Source: Bigelowiella natans CCMP2755 (lineage: Eukaryota > Protista > Cercozoa). Taken from it: a stretch of DNA of 34,632 nt. A program made the translations under genes and the position numbers. This document shows, piece by piece, positions 11,962-26,593 of the stretch (positions are counted from its first letter, which is position 1; each line of letters starts with the position of its first letter). The stretch spans positions 1-34,632 of the forward strand of contig ADNK01002806.1 in assembly GCA_000320545.1 (NCBI GenBank), written 5' to 3'. The notes beneath the pieces are model-generated. The model did not search any database. It was given only the letters and a program-made list of their open reading frames with translations, and was not told the DNA's origin.

Positions 11962-12349
11962 GAGGGAAAGAGGGCAAGGAAGGTTGGTGTGGTGTGCTGG
12001 GGTTGGCCCCAATGAGCTCGTGTGAAAAAAAGTTGCGAGCGTCACCAGAGATTTCACGTCAATTTCGGCCAAAGAAATCCATGGATGTTCACACATGAAA
12101 TTCGATTTTTCACAAGGAAATCTTCGTTTTTAGTTCAAATCCTAAAAAAATTTTCGGCTGCCGCCGAAATGAGGCACACCTTAAAAGTCCGCGCATCCCT
12201 GCCGGGATTCCCGGGGAGTGAGAAACCCTTGGATGCATCTGCTCTCACATGTATGTAGAAAACTCACAATCTTGGCGCTACAGCTGCCGCTTTGCACTGC
12301 AAGATAGCTACATTGGACTGACCACTCTAGTATTGGAGAAATGCATTCA

Positions 12350-12507
12350 TTTCATAACATCTGTCTCATATATTATTACCATTGAACGAATTCAATTTAT
12401 TCATTACATCCGTCTCATATACACATTGAAGCACTGTAACCGCAGCTATGCACAGCTACATGAGGATGGCTGTTGAAAAATATGAGCATTTCATTACATC
12501 TTTCTCG

Positions 12508-12511
<4 letters not shown>
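12350..12511 (+). repeat. Three imperfect ~22-bp direct repeats (TTCATWACATCYKTCTCRTATA)
   Basis: Copies at ~12351, ~12400 and ~12490, followed by a (TA)n tract. Confidence 0.65.
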
Positions 12512-12554
<43 letters not shown>

Positions 12555-13037
12555 ATATGTAAATATTAATGTAATAAAACGACTGAGATACAGATTCGTA
12601 TTTAGTGGATATTTGCACCAGAAAATTTATAGCCAAAGTATCAGTAATGAATTGAATAGTGTCTAACAATCAAATGTTGTTCAAATATCGACGATGGTAT
12701 GGTCTTACAATGATATTCTTTCTCGAGCTACTACTACTACTGTACCAACTTTATAAGTTGTGCCGCCAATCATCCTGGCATACGGCATCAACTGTTCTCC
12801 TTCTTCTCTGTATCAGATAAATTCGAAAACGATGCCGCTGCAGCGAATGATGAGGACCAGCAGCAACGTTCATTAAGAACGCAGTTACGACAAGTAGTAA
12901 TCCAAGTCGCCCCCGATTGCTACAGGTGAAAAGGGATTTTTCATCAAGGTGCAGGTCTTCCCGGTATTTGAAGTAGATCTTATTATCTGCAAGTAGTAAA
13001 AAGGGAAACAATCTTCGTCACCCCCTCAAGCTGAAAA

Positions 13038-13626
13038 ATGGAACCTTCTTCTGACGAGAAAAGGAAAGCGGGTGGGAAGGAGGCTAACCCCCCACCCTTC
13101 TATCCCTGGTCCGGGAATGTGAAAGATCGAGAAGAGGTCTCTGAGATTCTCGATGGGCAGCTTTTCCTCACAAATTGGCGATCTGCGCAAAGCGAAGAGA
13201 AGTGCCGGCTGTCCGCTATCACGCACATTGTTTCTGTGGGGGAAGAATTTAAAGAAGAGACACCTCTATCAAAGCCTCTTGGGATTAAATATCTTCAATT
13301 AAATGTAACAGATGATGAAGAGCAGGCTCTGGTGATGAAGAAGCGCCTTGGAGTTGGGATTAAATTTATCACAAATGCTCTCAAAAGTAGCAAAGATGCT
13401 CGCGTATTGGTGCACTGTGCAGCAGGTGAATAACAATACAAGGGGGGTACATGGCAAGTATTATTAAAATCTTGAGAGTTCTGCTGAAAGGAATTGGTTT
13501 GCAACAGCATGAAGTCATTAATTTTTATCTATCTGCAGGAATATCGAGATCTACGACGGTCGTTCTCAGCTTTCTAATGAAGCACAAAAGATGGAGATTG
13601 GTAGTAGACGTAACATCAACTTTGAT

Positions 13627-13697
<71 letters not shown>

Positions 13698-14173
13698 TAC
13701 TACTGAATGCGTGTAAACTAAAAAACTAGAGGGATATTTATGAAAATAGTATGCTGATGACGACGACATCCACTGAGTTCTACTCTTTTGTTCAGAGAAA
13801 GTCCTTCGAACACACGTACAAGAAAAGGAGAGTTGTATGGCCCAATAACGGGTTCATGAAATTACTCATTGAGTACGAAAAATCCGTCTTTGGGACGTCC
13901 CATATACCCAAAGCAAATATGTTTAAAAAAAAAGTTCCTCTAAAGAAGCAATTTCCTGCTGTCTCAAAGACAGCTTCACGTGGCAGGGCTTCACGTGGCA
14001 CGAGAACTCTTGTGTACCCTGGATCACGCCCGAGGTCGAGGTCACCTGCATCCCGGGCAAAGGAAAAGCCATCATATAAATTCACCTATACCATGAGCTT
14101 GAAAGAGTATAAAAAATGGGGAGAGTTCGACATAGAGCAGTACCAAGCTGCGCGAGTCGTTGATCGTTCCTAG
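13038..14173 (+). CDS. Atypical dual-specificity protein phosphatase (3 exons: 13038-13425, 13539-13600, 13796-14173)
   Basis: SEILDGQLFL, ITHIVSV, the acid loop VTDD, a spliced catalytic motif VLVHCAAG|ISRSTTVVLSFLM, and RRVVWPNNGFMKLLIEYE. Both introns are GT-AG and phase-compatible. Confidence 0.95.
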
Positions 14174-15002
14174 CACGCTAACATCTAAAATTTCGCCGTA
14201 TTGCAACGTCAGATAGAGACAGGGGCGGCCAAGCATGTGATTATGTGCCAAAAAGTCGCTTTGATGCACATGTGCACGAGGCGATCAAAACGTCTAAATG
14301 ATTTTTTAATATTTAATGCTCCTCAAATTGTTAAAAGAATAGAGTTGGCCTGAGCAAGTCACTCGTTGGACTTTTCTATATACTTTATAACATGTTCTTA
14401 ATTTTAAAATATATACAGCACCCGCTACGCATTGTACGCATTTTTTTTGGTGCATGATGTTTGTTGCATCATTATGCTAGCTAGCTTTATAGCTAATTGC
14501 ATGCTGCTCTTAGCCCAGCTAGCCAGCCAGTTGTTGCATATGCGATCGGCGGTATGTATGTGTTACTTGGTGCAAAACAAAAGCCACGCCTAGTGCTATG
14601 CAAGCTACAAATCCAAAACCGTATCTGTAGCCTCAACAGCAAAGCACTAGAGCAGCGAAGATGCCGTTTGATGAGTACTAGAATATCGCGATGAGCTGGT
14701 TCATCATGAAAAAGAATTCGCCAGGAAAGAGTACTACGCCGTGCTAGCATGCGCGCACATGCATTCTTGTGATAATAATAAAAAGTGTAAGTTAAATGTG
14801 TAATAGTCTGATACTTATCAGTGCATGCTCAAGTTGAAAATACTCTTCGTCGTGGTACGCTGATGCTATCTCACTAGAAGAAATTTGATCTGTGCAGTAA
14901 CTTAGACGATTCACGATGTAGCAATAAAGAGAGGGTTCTAAAATATGCGTGAATTGTCACTAACAAGTCACCGCAAAGATCGAGGCGGTGTGGTTCTTCC
15001 CT

Positions 15003-16486
15003 CTACCTGCGCTGCATAGATTTACCCTCCTCATTTGACGACGCAGCCACCACATCTAGATCGAGAGGAAAAGCCTCTTCTCTGTCTCCTCCAGATATCC
15101 GCGGTTGTCTTATGCCTCGAAGATGCGTTTGAGGTGTGTTTTTTAGACCGAAACGCGGTGGCGAAACCGGCTCAAACCCGCCGCTAATGGATGATGACTT
15201 ACGTCTATTATGTCGCATGCCAATGCTGGCTACTACAGTACTGGTGTCCAGTTTATAGTCTGGAAACAGGAGAGCGATCGCTGGATATCTGAGAAGTTGT
15301 ACACAGATCAATAAATGGCTAAATCGCGCGTGCACTCACTCACTCATTCCCTCAAAAACACACACGAACACACAAAAGAGGGGAAAGAGAAGAGGGAGGA
15401 AGACAGCAAGGGAGATTCGGAGAGATGTGATATGAAAGGGAAAAGGGGACGAAGTGCTCGCACTTCCACAATGTTGGTATTGCTGTCGCTGTTGTGTTTT
15501 TCCTGAATATATGTTATTTTGATTCAATTACAATGCGCTTCCCAGCACGAAATTAGTGAACACAACAACGCCGAGAGTCGTCGTAGTGACTAAAGACGCC
15601 TTTATCTTCCTGCCGCGCCACACCAAGCACAACGCGTACGAAACGGCCCCGCGGATACCGGCAAGGTTGAGAATTACTTGCTCCCTGTCGAGAGCACGCA
15701 GAGACAAACAGAACGAGCCCAGAACGCCACCACATTTACCATTATCACCGTCACCCAGAGACCAAACGTAGAGAGAGAAAAACATGCTGGAAGAAACTTT
15801 GTGTTTCCAGTGCTGTTAACCCTCACCCTCTTCTTCTTCTTCTTCTTCTTCTTCTTCTTCTTCATTGTTCTAGTAGTAAACATACCTCCAACCCAATTTG
15901 TGTTGTGTGACTTGGCTCACAAGGAAACACATGACGGAAACCACCAGCCCACGACACAGTAACTGAAAGAAAGACAACATCACCATGATGAATAACCCGT
16001 AGAGTAGCAGCAGCAGCAGCATAGCAGCAGAAAACAGAAGGTGCATCTTAAAGTGGATGTCGTCATCTCGATGTTAGTCTTCATATGACATATGATTAGA
16101 GCGGTGACAATGGTAAGAATGAAAAATGAACGACGTTTAATCAACACTTGCGATAATTATCGCGTACTGACAGTTTGGAATGAACAGTTGCGATAAATAT
16201 CGCGTTCTGACAGTTCCTATTACCATTACGACCACGACGAGTGAGATGAGCGGCATTGCTCGCTCCCAGTACGGCCTGTTGCTATAAACGCTCACGCTGA
16301 ATATAATTCCCATTTGGAAGTAGATGAACCTGCATAGAGATAATACGATGATGGTATTGATGAGGCATGATGAAGATGTGGCGAGTAGTCTCGTATTATT
16401 CTTAGTAATATCCGTAGTACGTGAAAGAGGCCCATGAAGCACTTTTGATCATTGCCTTTGCAGTGACCTAAAGGAATAAGAAAAGA

Positions 16487-16533
<47 letters not shown>

Positions 16534-18317
16534 CTGAATGAGGCTAGGAAATTCACAGCAGCCAAAGAACAACCCGCTGACTTTTGCTGACCTTGGAGAC
16601 ATTGGACAGATTCTTAAAGTTGTAATGCGCAAGAGCGAATCCACATGAATATCTGTATGTATAGAAGGCGCATTTAAACGTATTTGTGCATGTGTATGTG
16701 CACGCGCTCTCATGCCTAAGTGAAGACAGAATCGAATTAAAAACAATTCCTTATTGATATACTGCTGCAAATTGGGAATTTTAAGACATTTTTTTTTTTT
16801 AAAAACAATAATGGGAAATAGCGTAGACTTTGTTTTAAAAATATCCAGCGACTGACAATGAAACGAGTTCGTTGATGAAAGAGGCCTCGGTGAACAGGAA
16901 GTATGAAAGAAGTGCGAAGGACATGCTAATGAGAAACTCCATTTGCGGGTGCCGCTCCATGTCCAGGTGCTTTGTGATCATTGAGCAAACTAACGCCACG
17001 CTGATGCCGGCGACGCATGAGAGTATAAAATAAAATGGGACGGTTATCTGAAGGGAAGGGAAAGGAAGGGTAAAGGATACAACATATTAGATTTTCAGCA
17101 AGGATGGGAAGAAGATGCTGATGATGACAATGGCGACGATGAAAAATCCAGTCATATGACAAAACTGCGTTATTGTGTGCGCGGAAATGTTCAGATTGTC
17201 TCCCGCGGCTCCTCATTCGCTCTTCCCCTCCAATTTCCTCTCCTCCTAATCACCTGATTCACAAACGCGTATGGCTCCGCAGTCTGCGCAAGCTTCCAAA
17301 ACATCACGAGCCCTACACCATTATTGGCCAAGCTTTCGCCTATCACAATGGAAGTTAAGACTCCTGTGCGTGTTTTGGAACTCGCATCAGCCAGTCTGTG
17401 TTGAAGATGCTCTGGCAAAATGTTCGTAAAGATACGAAGCAAGGCTGTCGCATCCGTTGTCAGAAAGATTGCACCCAGACGTACACACTGAAAAAAATAA
17501 TGATATATAGATGACCATAGTTGTTTTATGATGCAGCACATCATTAGGAGGACGCGCGAAAAGGTATAGGAGAACTATAAAGAAGAGTCGCGGATGGGGC
17601 TATTTGTGATCTTTGTATCTCTTAAAGCACCTGCTGAAAATTTATCGGCACATCCAGTCCGCAGTCCCACAAGTTATTCAGCGCGTAGTAGATGCAACTC
17701 GCAAATAACATCACGGAACAGTATGTGCCCATCACACCGAGGATAAGAATGGCGGTATTGTGGTTGAAAAACATGTGCCTATTCAAGCTGTATCCCGCCT
17801 CCAGAAACAATGGAGGTGCAAGAGCCATAAAAAAGACCTATGAATTTTAGGAGAGGGTTGCGCGCAGGGAGGGCACTCATTAGTTGCCGGACGCGATTCG
17901 CTTCAAAGAATGCGCATCTGCATATACAGTAGGAGGGAAACCTTTTCGCTGAACTCCAGAAAGTATATTCGCTTCTGCACGACCTCCTCCTCACCCCCCA
18001 CCAGGCACGCTGCAGCTCCTACCAACATGCCGAAGCACAGGATGGCTAAATGCTCCAGGAGGTACCGTTGTGTGGACGCCAAAACCTGGAGTAGTAATAT
18101 TTGCTTCACTTATATTGAGTCTGTGCAGTTCAGGCCCAACTGTAAGTCTCAATCGTTAAGGGAACGAGAAAATCCCTCTTTGTGAAGACGACCCCATACC
18201 CTATCGCCTTGCAAAAGATGTAATTCAACGTGTCTCCCACAAAAAGGTTCAATTTACCTCAAGCAGAAAGCACACCAGCAACAAAGCCATCACCATAGCA
18301 ATTTTAAGCTCCAACAT
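15003..18317 (-). CDS. CPA1-family Na+/H+ exchanger (NHE/NHX-like), divergent, multi-exon
   Basis: YLLEHLAILCFGMLVG, LAPPLFLEAGYSLNRHMFF, GAIFLTTDATALL, IVIGESLANNGVGLVMF, FIYFQMGI, LAGIRGAVSYAL and TTTLGVVVFTNFVLG occur in NHE order. The start codon is tentative. Confidence 0.88.
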
Positions 18318-18979
18318 ATTATTGAGCGATTATTTCTCGTCCAGTATCTAGAGCTTCTTCGGCCGAACTAGGCGGCGATGGGTAGAGCTGACTCCATTCC
18401 CGAAGAATTAAAACTGCAATCGGTAATACGATGAGATTTGAGGGTATTTTTCTTGTGCGACGTGATCGAAAGGCGGGAAATTTCGTAATTGCTTTTAGCT
18501 GCTGGCTGCCAAGAACATTTGACGAAATTCTAGGAAAAAATCGAAAAAATTCATTAGAAACTACTATTTTCTAGGATCACAACGAAATGCATTGGAAAGT
18601 CTCGAGAAAGCGCCTCGATTTTCTTCAAAGAGAATATGTTGCAGAAAGCACTTCCAGCAATTTAACCCGTTCCGCGGGAGATTGAACTACCAATGAAGAA
18701 AAGTTAGATCAAAGATCGACAAGAATTTTCCCAGCTTCGTTGTCTTACCTTCTAATTGTTGTTAAAATCGAATGTCGTTTTGGTTAAATCGCACTATGTT
18801 TTTGCTTAGATTGCCAGGGTTTGGACTTCAGGTTGTGAAAAGTGTAACTGGCAACGTTGCAAGGAAGGAAGGCAATCCTCGAGTCATTCAAGGGAAAACA
18901 CAGTGCAAAGTAAAGAGGGGGGAGAATTAATAAGAATACAAGATCGAGCTAAGCTGACCTTGGAAATTTACACGACGGA

Positions 18980-19609
18980 ATGGAAGGTTCCTGGGAAAGG
19001 AGGAATCATCCTCCTTGTCGAAGGGGTGATTTCTGTGTTCATGGTTCGGAGAGAAGATATCGATTACATGCTGCTCGAATAGCAAAGAGGAAAATTTGCT
19101 TAGAACGTCTACGCACCTCGGAGACGTTAAATAGAAGGTTTCAAAGTCTACTGAGAGCCAGAATTCGGGCCTATGAAGCTGGACGTTTTTGTGAAGATCC
19201 GAAGAGGAGGAGGTCTTCGGATTTAAAGGAAATACTTCCTCGCGTGGTACTCCCTTGCGTGACACAGAAATTTAACACAAGAGAAACCGAGGGTCAGAGT
19301 TCGCGGAAGTCTTCGTACTTACTACGAAGAGCTGTAAGGCATTCTCCCCGAAATCCAAATCCTTCTAAACCCATAAGGAAATATTCCTCTCGTGCGCCAA
19401 TGTTTTTATCATACCTAGCTATCTGGAACAAAGACAAAAAATCCTTTCGTAATAGAATCTTACACAGACGTCTAAAGATAGCTGCTTTCAAAAGTCGAGG
19501 AAAATCTCTGCTTCAGAACATCGTCTTTCATGTGACTAGCTCTCAACATAAAATACGTCGGTTGAGTCGCTCTAGTTTATGCGCTGGTCGTCTACGTTCG
19601 CACAAGTAA
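18980..19609 (+). CDS. Hypothetical basic (Arg/Lys-rich) protein
   Basis: 209-codon ATG-initiated, non-repetitive ORF between two other genes. No recognisable motif. Confidence 0.35.
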   Translation: MEGSWERRNHPPCRRGDFCVHGSERRYRLHAARIAKRKICLERLRTSETLNRRFQSLLRARIRAYEAGRFCEDPKRRRSSDLKEILPRVVLPCVTQKFNTRETEGQSSRKSSYLLRRAVRHSPRNPNPSKPIRKYSSRAPMFLSYLAIWNKDKKSFRNRILHRRLKIAAFKSRGKSLLQNIVFHVTSSQHKIRRLSRSSLCAGRLRSHK

Positions 19610-20450
19610 ACTTTAGATATTCAAATATTTAGTTCATTATAGGAATATATGATAAATAAAACTCATCTGTTCCGTATTCTCCTTATAAATTTATCGACAT
19701 GTACATATCAACTATAGAGACCCGCGGACTTGGAGCACAGAAATTATTGATCGTATTTAAAAAAATGCGTGGTTGACAGTGGTCGACGATGTAGCTGTCT
19801 ATTGTCTATGTAGACAAACCGTGATGTTTAATATAAAAAAAGTTAAAGTGTGCAGGCAACTAAGGCATCGCATGTGTCGTCTCACTGTGTCGCTGGACGG
19901 CTCATGCTATCTTTCAACATGCATCACAGGCTGCATACATGTGCAAGCGTCAAAATGTAACATGAATAAAAGTATGTGTTTGTGTGTGTGGGTACATGAT
20001 TGCAATGACTAGATAAGGCGTTACATGCGTTCTGCTCGTTATCACCAAGTGCTGCGTATTGACTAGCTAGCTAGCTACGCACGTGCAATTGTTGCTAATC
20101 GTGTGAGAAAACTATTGGAAATAGTTGAATGCAAAGCTCCTTGTATGTACCAATGCACGAAAACAACGAATTTGAACCGTACAATGTGCAAAATTTGACT
20201 TCACATTTCACTAAAGTTAGATAGATTATTTTACTACGATTGGTATATTTTACTAGTTGACCAAAATACGCATCTACTGGCAGGCTAATACACATCACGC
20301 GACGTATAGCTAACTTGCACAGTTGTTAGCCATAATCCGCTTGTAGCTTATGGGCGTGAAACGCATTTTGACATTGAAAATAATTTTAGACTAAGTTGAA
20401 CATACGCATATTCTCCGTGAAGTGTTTAAAAAAACGCATTTTAAGTTACA

Positions 20451-22100
20451 CTAACCATTGACGTTTCGTACATACGCATAGTGTTGAAATACATATATTC
20501 CAATGGTTAAAAGGTAGTGAGCGAAGTCTGTAAGAGGGTTATATCTTTCAGATTCCTTGTTGCATCGATCAGCATATAATTCAGTACTCTGAATCTCACG
20601 GACCCCATAAAAATACTCGGAAGGAACAGCAGCAGCAGTAACAACACCAAAAACCACAATCATTCTTTTCAATTTGTTGACAGATGCTTTCACGCGACGG
20701 ATGTGCGATTCTGGCACATAAACGAAACTTGTCGCCCTCTGGCTATCGGAGAAACTCTCATGTGAAGACGATCCATCGAGTATCGACCCGCCTGAATGAC
20801 ACAAGAATCGATGATTCTATTATAAGCATATAGAAAAGGGGAAGGAAATACAGGAATACAATGAAGATTGTACCATCTTGTCGACGCTGTAACGAGCGAA
20901 TGCCGTTACTAGATGCTGATGGATACTTCTGATCATGCAAGGATAATCCTCTCGATTTATCGCTGGTATGATAGTCAGAACCGAAAGCATCGATGGATAC
21001 TTTTGATCTAATATCTTGCTGCTTTATAAACGGTCTTGTTTGACATGTGGAAGAGGAGGTCTCCTTAGCCTTGTACGGCTGGCGTGAATTGGAATCGCTA
21101 GCTCTGTCGCTCAGCCGATGATAATAACCACCACTTTCCTCCTCCCGATGCTGCTGCTGTGAAGAAGACGAGTCTCGTATTGGCATCCCACTCCCCCTCA
21201 TCGAGGACGATGATGTCAACTTCGAAATTGATTGCTCGAGGACCCCGCGGATATGGTACAGTGCGAGACAAAAATGAGAGCCTGTGAGTAGTATCAGAGT
21301 CGCAATACCAAAATGCTTGATCGCTGCATACTTAACACTCCCAAATATGAACACCAGCACAACGCTGACGATAATTGAGGCCTCGCACATAATGGCATAT
21401 ATGCTGAAAAGGCGCGATGCCCATCCCGGGAAAGTGTTGATAATACGGTCAGACGAATACATTAAAGCAGTATAATGGGCGCTTGCAATGAGATAAATGA
21501 TATAGCATGCTTCTATCGTGAATATCATCTGTGATATTATGGAGAAAGATGAGTTATGTGCCGATGACGAGAGGAAAATGCGTCTTTTCATTTGAAAAAG
21601 AACTATGGCAAAAGACTAAGGTCGATGATTACCAAAAGGGCGGCGTTTAGGATAATGAACACCTTCCAACCAAGATACAGGGGTTGATGTGCAAACTTAA
21701 CATAGTATATGAGTAGAGGTTGGGTCTGAGAACGTTTTCAGCACTTTTGATATGTGCTTCTGTGTTAATCGCAAATAAACAAGCATCTTCGATAGCTTTC
21801 ACTTCTTACCAGATTGAAGAAAATTCCGACACTGGCAGAAAGAAAACACGCCCTGTGTATTTTAGTCAAAGTGTTAATCGTACGCAGATTTTGCTCATCC
21901 ATCGTAGACATCAGAGTCAATGTTTTATTTACATCTGAATTCTCCGAGCATTTTTAGCGCTGGTTTTAAGAGATCGGAGTTGCGAGATGGCAATATAAAT
22001 TTGAGACATGCACATCACGATGCGTGCGAAGTCTGATACCATCCACATGATAACGACTCGGCGAGAGTTCATCGTACTAGTGCTCCTCTCGTACTTCCTC
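20451..22100 (-). CDS. Multi-pass membrane protein with a long Ser-rich loop (possibly 7TM/GPCR-like); 5' end approximate
   Basis: Hydrophobic helices MIFTIEACYIIYLIA, LFSIYAIMCEASIIVSVVLVFIF and HFGIATLILLTGSHFCLALYHIRGVL, a long polar loop, then KLKRMIVVFGVVTAAAV and FAHYLLTIGIYVFQHYAYV. Further hydrophobic exon-like frames lie at ~21630-21720 and ~21935-22090. Confidence 0.6.
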
Positions 22101-22716
22101 TATTGTCTGTGATTAGTTCTTTAAACCGTGACGTTTGGGTTAGGCTTGCTCTTCATCTGGTGCGAATTTAGGCAAATCATCAAGGATTCCATGCTCCCGA
22201 AACAGAAACGCACGACATTTCATTAAACGAGGCAAGATTGAAGGATTTATTGTTCTCGCTCAGAAGGTGTCTTCCGAGTTTCATTCGAGCTAAAAAGAGC
22301 TGGGTTTTGAGGCCCGAACTTATTAGGAAAAACGAAAGCAAAATTACCACCGTCTTTTACCCTGCGTCAAGAATTTTCTTTGTCGTATCATCAAAAGGGA
22401 ACTTCGAGTGCCATGGAGTTATCTGTGTTCATTTCAACAATAGCAACGGCAATTTTTGACAATTTATTTAGATACTTCTTGGATATTTTTATATCAGTAT
22501 GTATTACTGACCTCTGGAATGTATATATGTATATAATATATATTGATAGGTTCATATTTATCAAAGTAATGTAGGATATATTGTGCTTTATTTTCTGACT
22601 AAATCCTATTACTTTGCAGCCCACAGTGCCCCTACCCCACCCCACCAACCCATTTCCTGACTGGCAAATTGCCTACGAGGCATCTTAGCCTTCACTCTAC
22701 CCCCCAGAGATTTATC

Positions 22717-25707
<2,991 letters not shown>

Positions 25708-26593
25708 TAAGTAGATATATATCAGGCTCAGCGTCTAAAACCTCGCACCCATTTTATTAGCAGTTTGGTAGCGTTCATTTAGTCATCGTGTACGTCGCGC
25801 CAGACACAATATGTAGATACCTTGATATACAATCATGAATTGTTGGCGTGAATTTAAATTTCCGTTGCAAAGCGCTGAGTTGTGACCGGTCACTGGCGGG
25901 AACGAATGATCGAAAGGTCATCAATTGTAGCGCAAGCTAGCAAGGTCAGACATGCTAGGCATGCCATGCCTGTCTAGCTGTACGTGCTTATATTACTCAA
26001 TAAGTCGATCGCTGTGTACGTACGTTTACGGTGATGCGCAGCTTATACCACCGCCCAACACTTGAACGCACGATCGATTGAAATCACAGCTGCTCTGGGT
26101 GCTCTTATGTATTATGCCATAAAAACATAGTCTATATACCTGGCTAGCAAGAAGCTTCTTGCAGCGTATAATCTCATGACTATATGCGTTGCAAAGACAC
26201 AGTGCATTGTTGTATCCTACTCTAGCCGTACGTATTATGCATCATGTATGTGACGAGTGGCGTCATCTGTGATACACAAATGCATGGCTATCTATAAACA
26301 ACACATAAAGGCGTCTATTGCTTGGTAGAAGTTCTTTATTACTTTTAAGCATATACTTGATAGTAGCACTGCTAATTCGATTTCTTTTTCTGATACTGGC
26401 CCAGCGCTATCTATGCACTGACTTCTAATCTATCTGGAGGAATCTTCTTTGTGGCGATCGATTGACTTTCCAATCCCTATAACGGGCGACTAGTTTACAG
26501 TCAGAGTTTTTTCCTTCACCTACGCAATAATGAGAGATTTTCCTAGTTATCATGGCCGCCCTCGCCCCTGTTTCCAGTCTGATTATTTACTTA

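Larger units (their letters stand above)
10913..12235. mobile_element. Non-autonomous TIR DNA transposon (~1.32 kb), possibly Tc1/mariner/pogo superfamily
   Basis: 48-bp inverted repeats at 10913-10960 (CAGCCAAGGGTTTCTCACTCCCCTGGAATCCCGGCAGGCATGCGCGGA) and 12188-12235, 45/48 identical. Flanked by GA-TG on the left and CA-TC on the right, consistent with a mutated TA duplication. No transposase recognised. Confidence 0.8.
9900..12250. other. TpA-depleted, TG/CA-enriched putatively hypermutated tract
   Basis: By-eye count of ~24 TpA in ~2.3 kb, ~19 of them YTAR. None between ~11012 and ~11886. Both flanks are TA-rich. Confidence 0.85.

Noticed and set aside
9900-12250. Fungal-type RIP or CpG methylation decay as the cause of the TG/CA excess
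   Set aside because: RIP would enrich TpA and deplete CpA, and CpG decay would deplete CpG. Here TpA is lost, CpA/TpG gained and CpG retained.
12350-12511. CRISPR-like repeat/spacer array
   Set aside because: Only three degenerate copies with unequal spacing, in a eukaryotic context with no cas genes.
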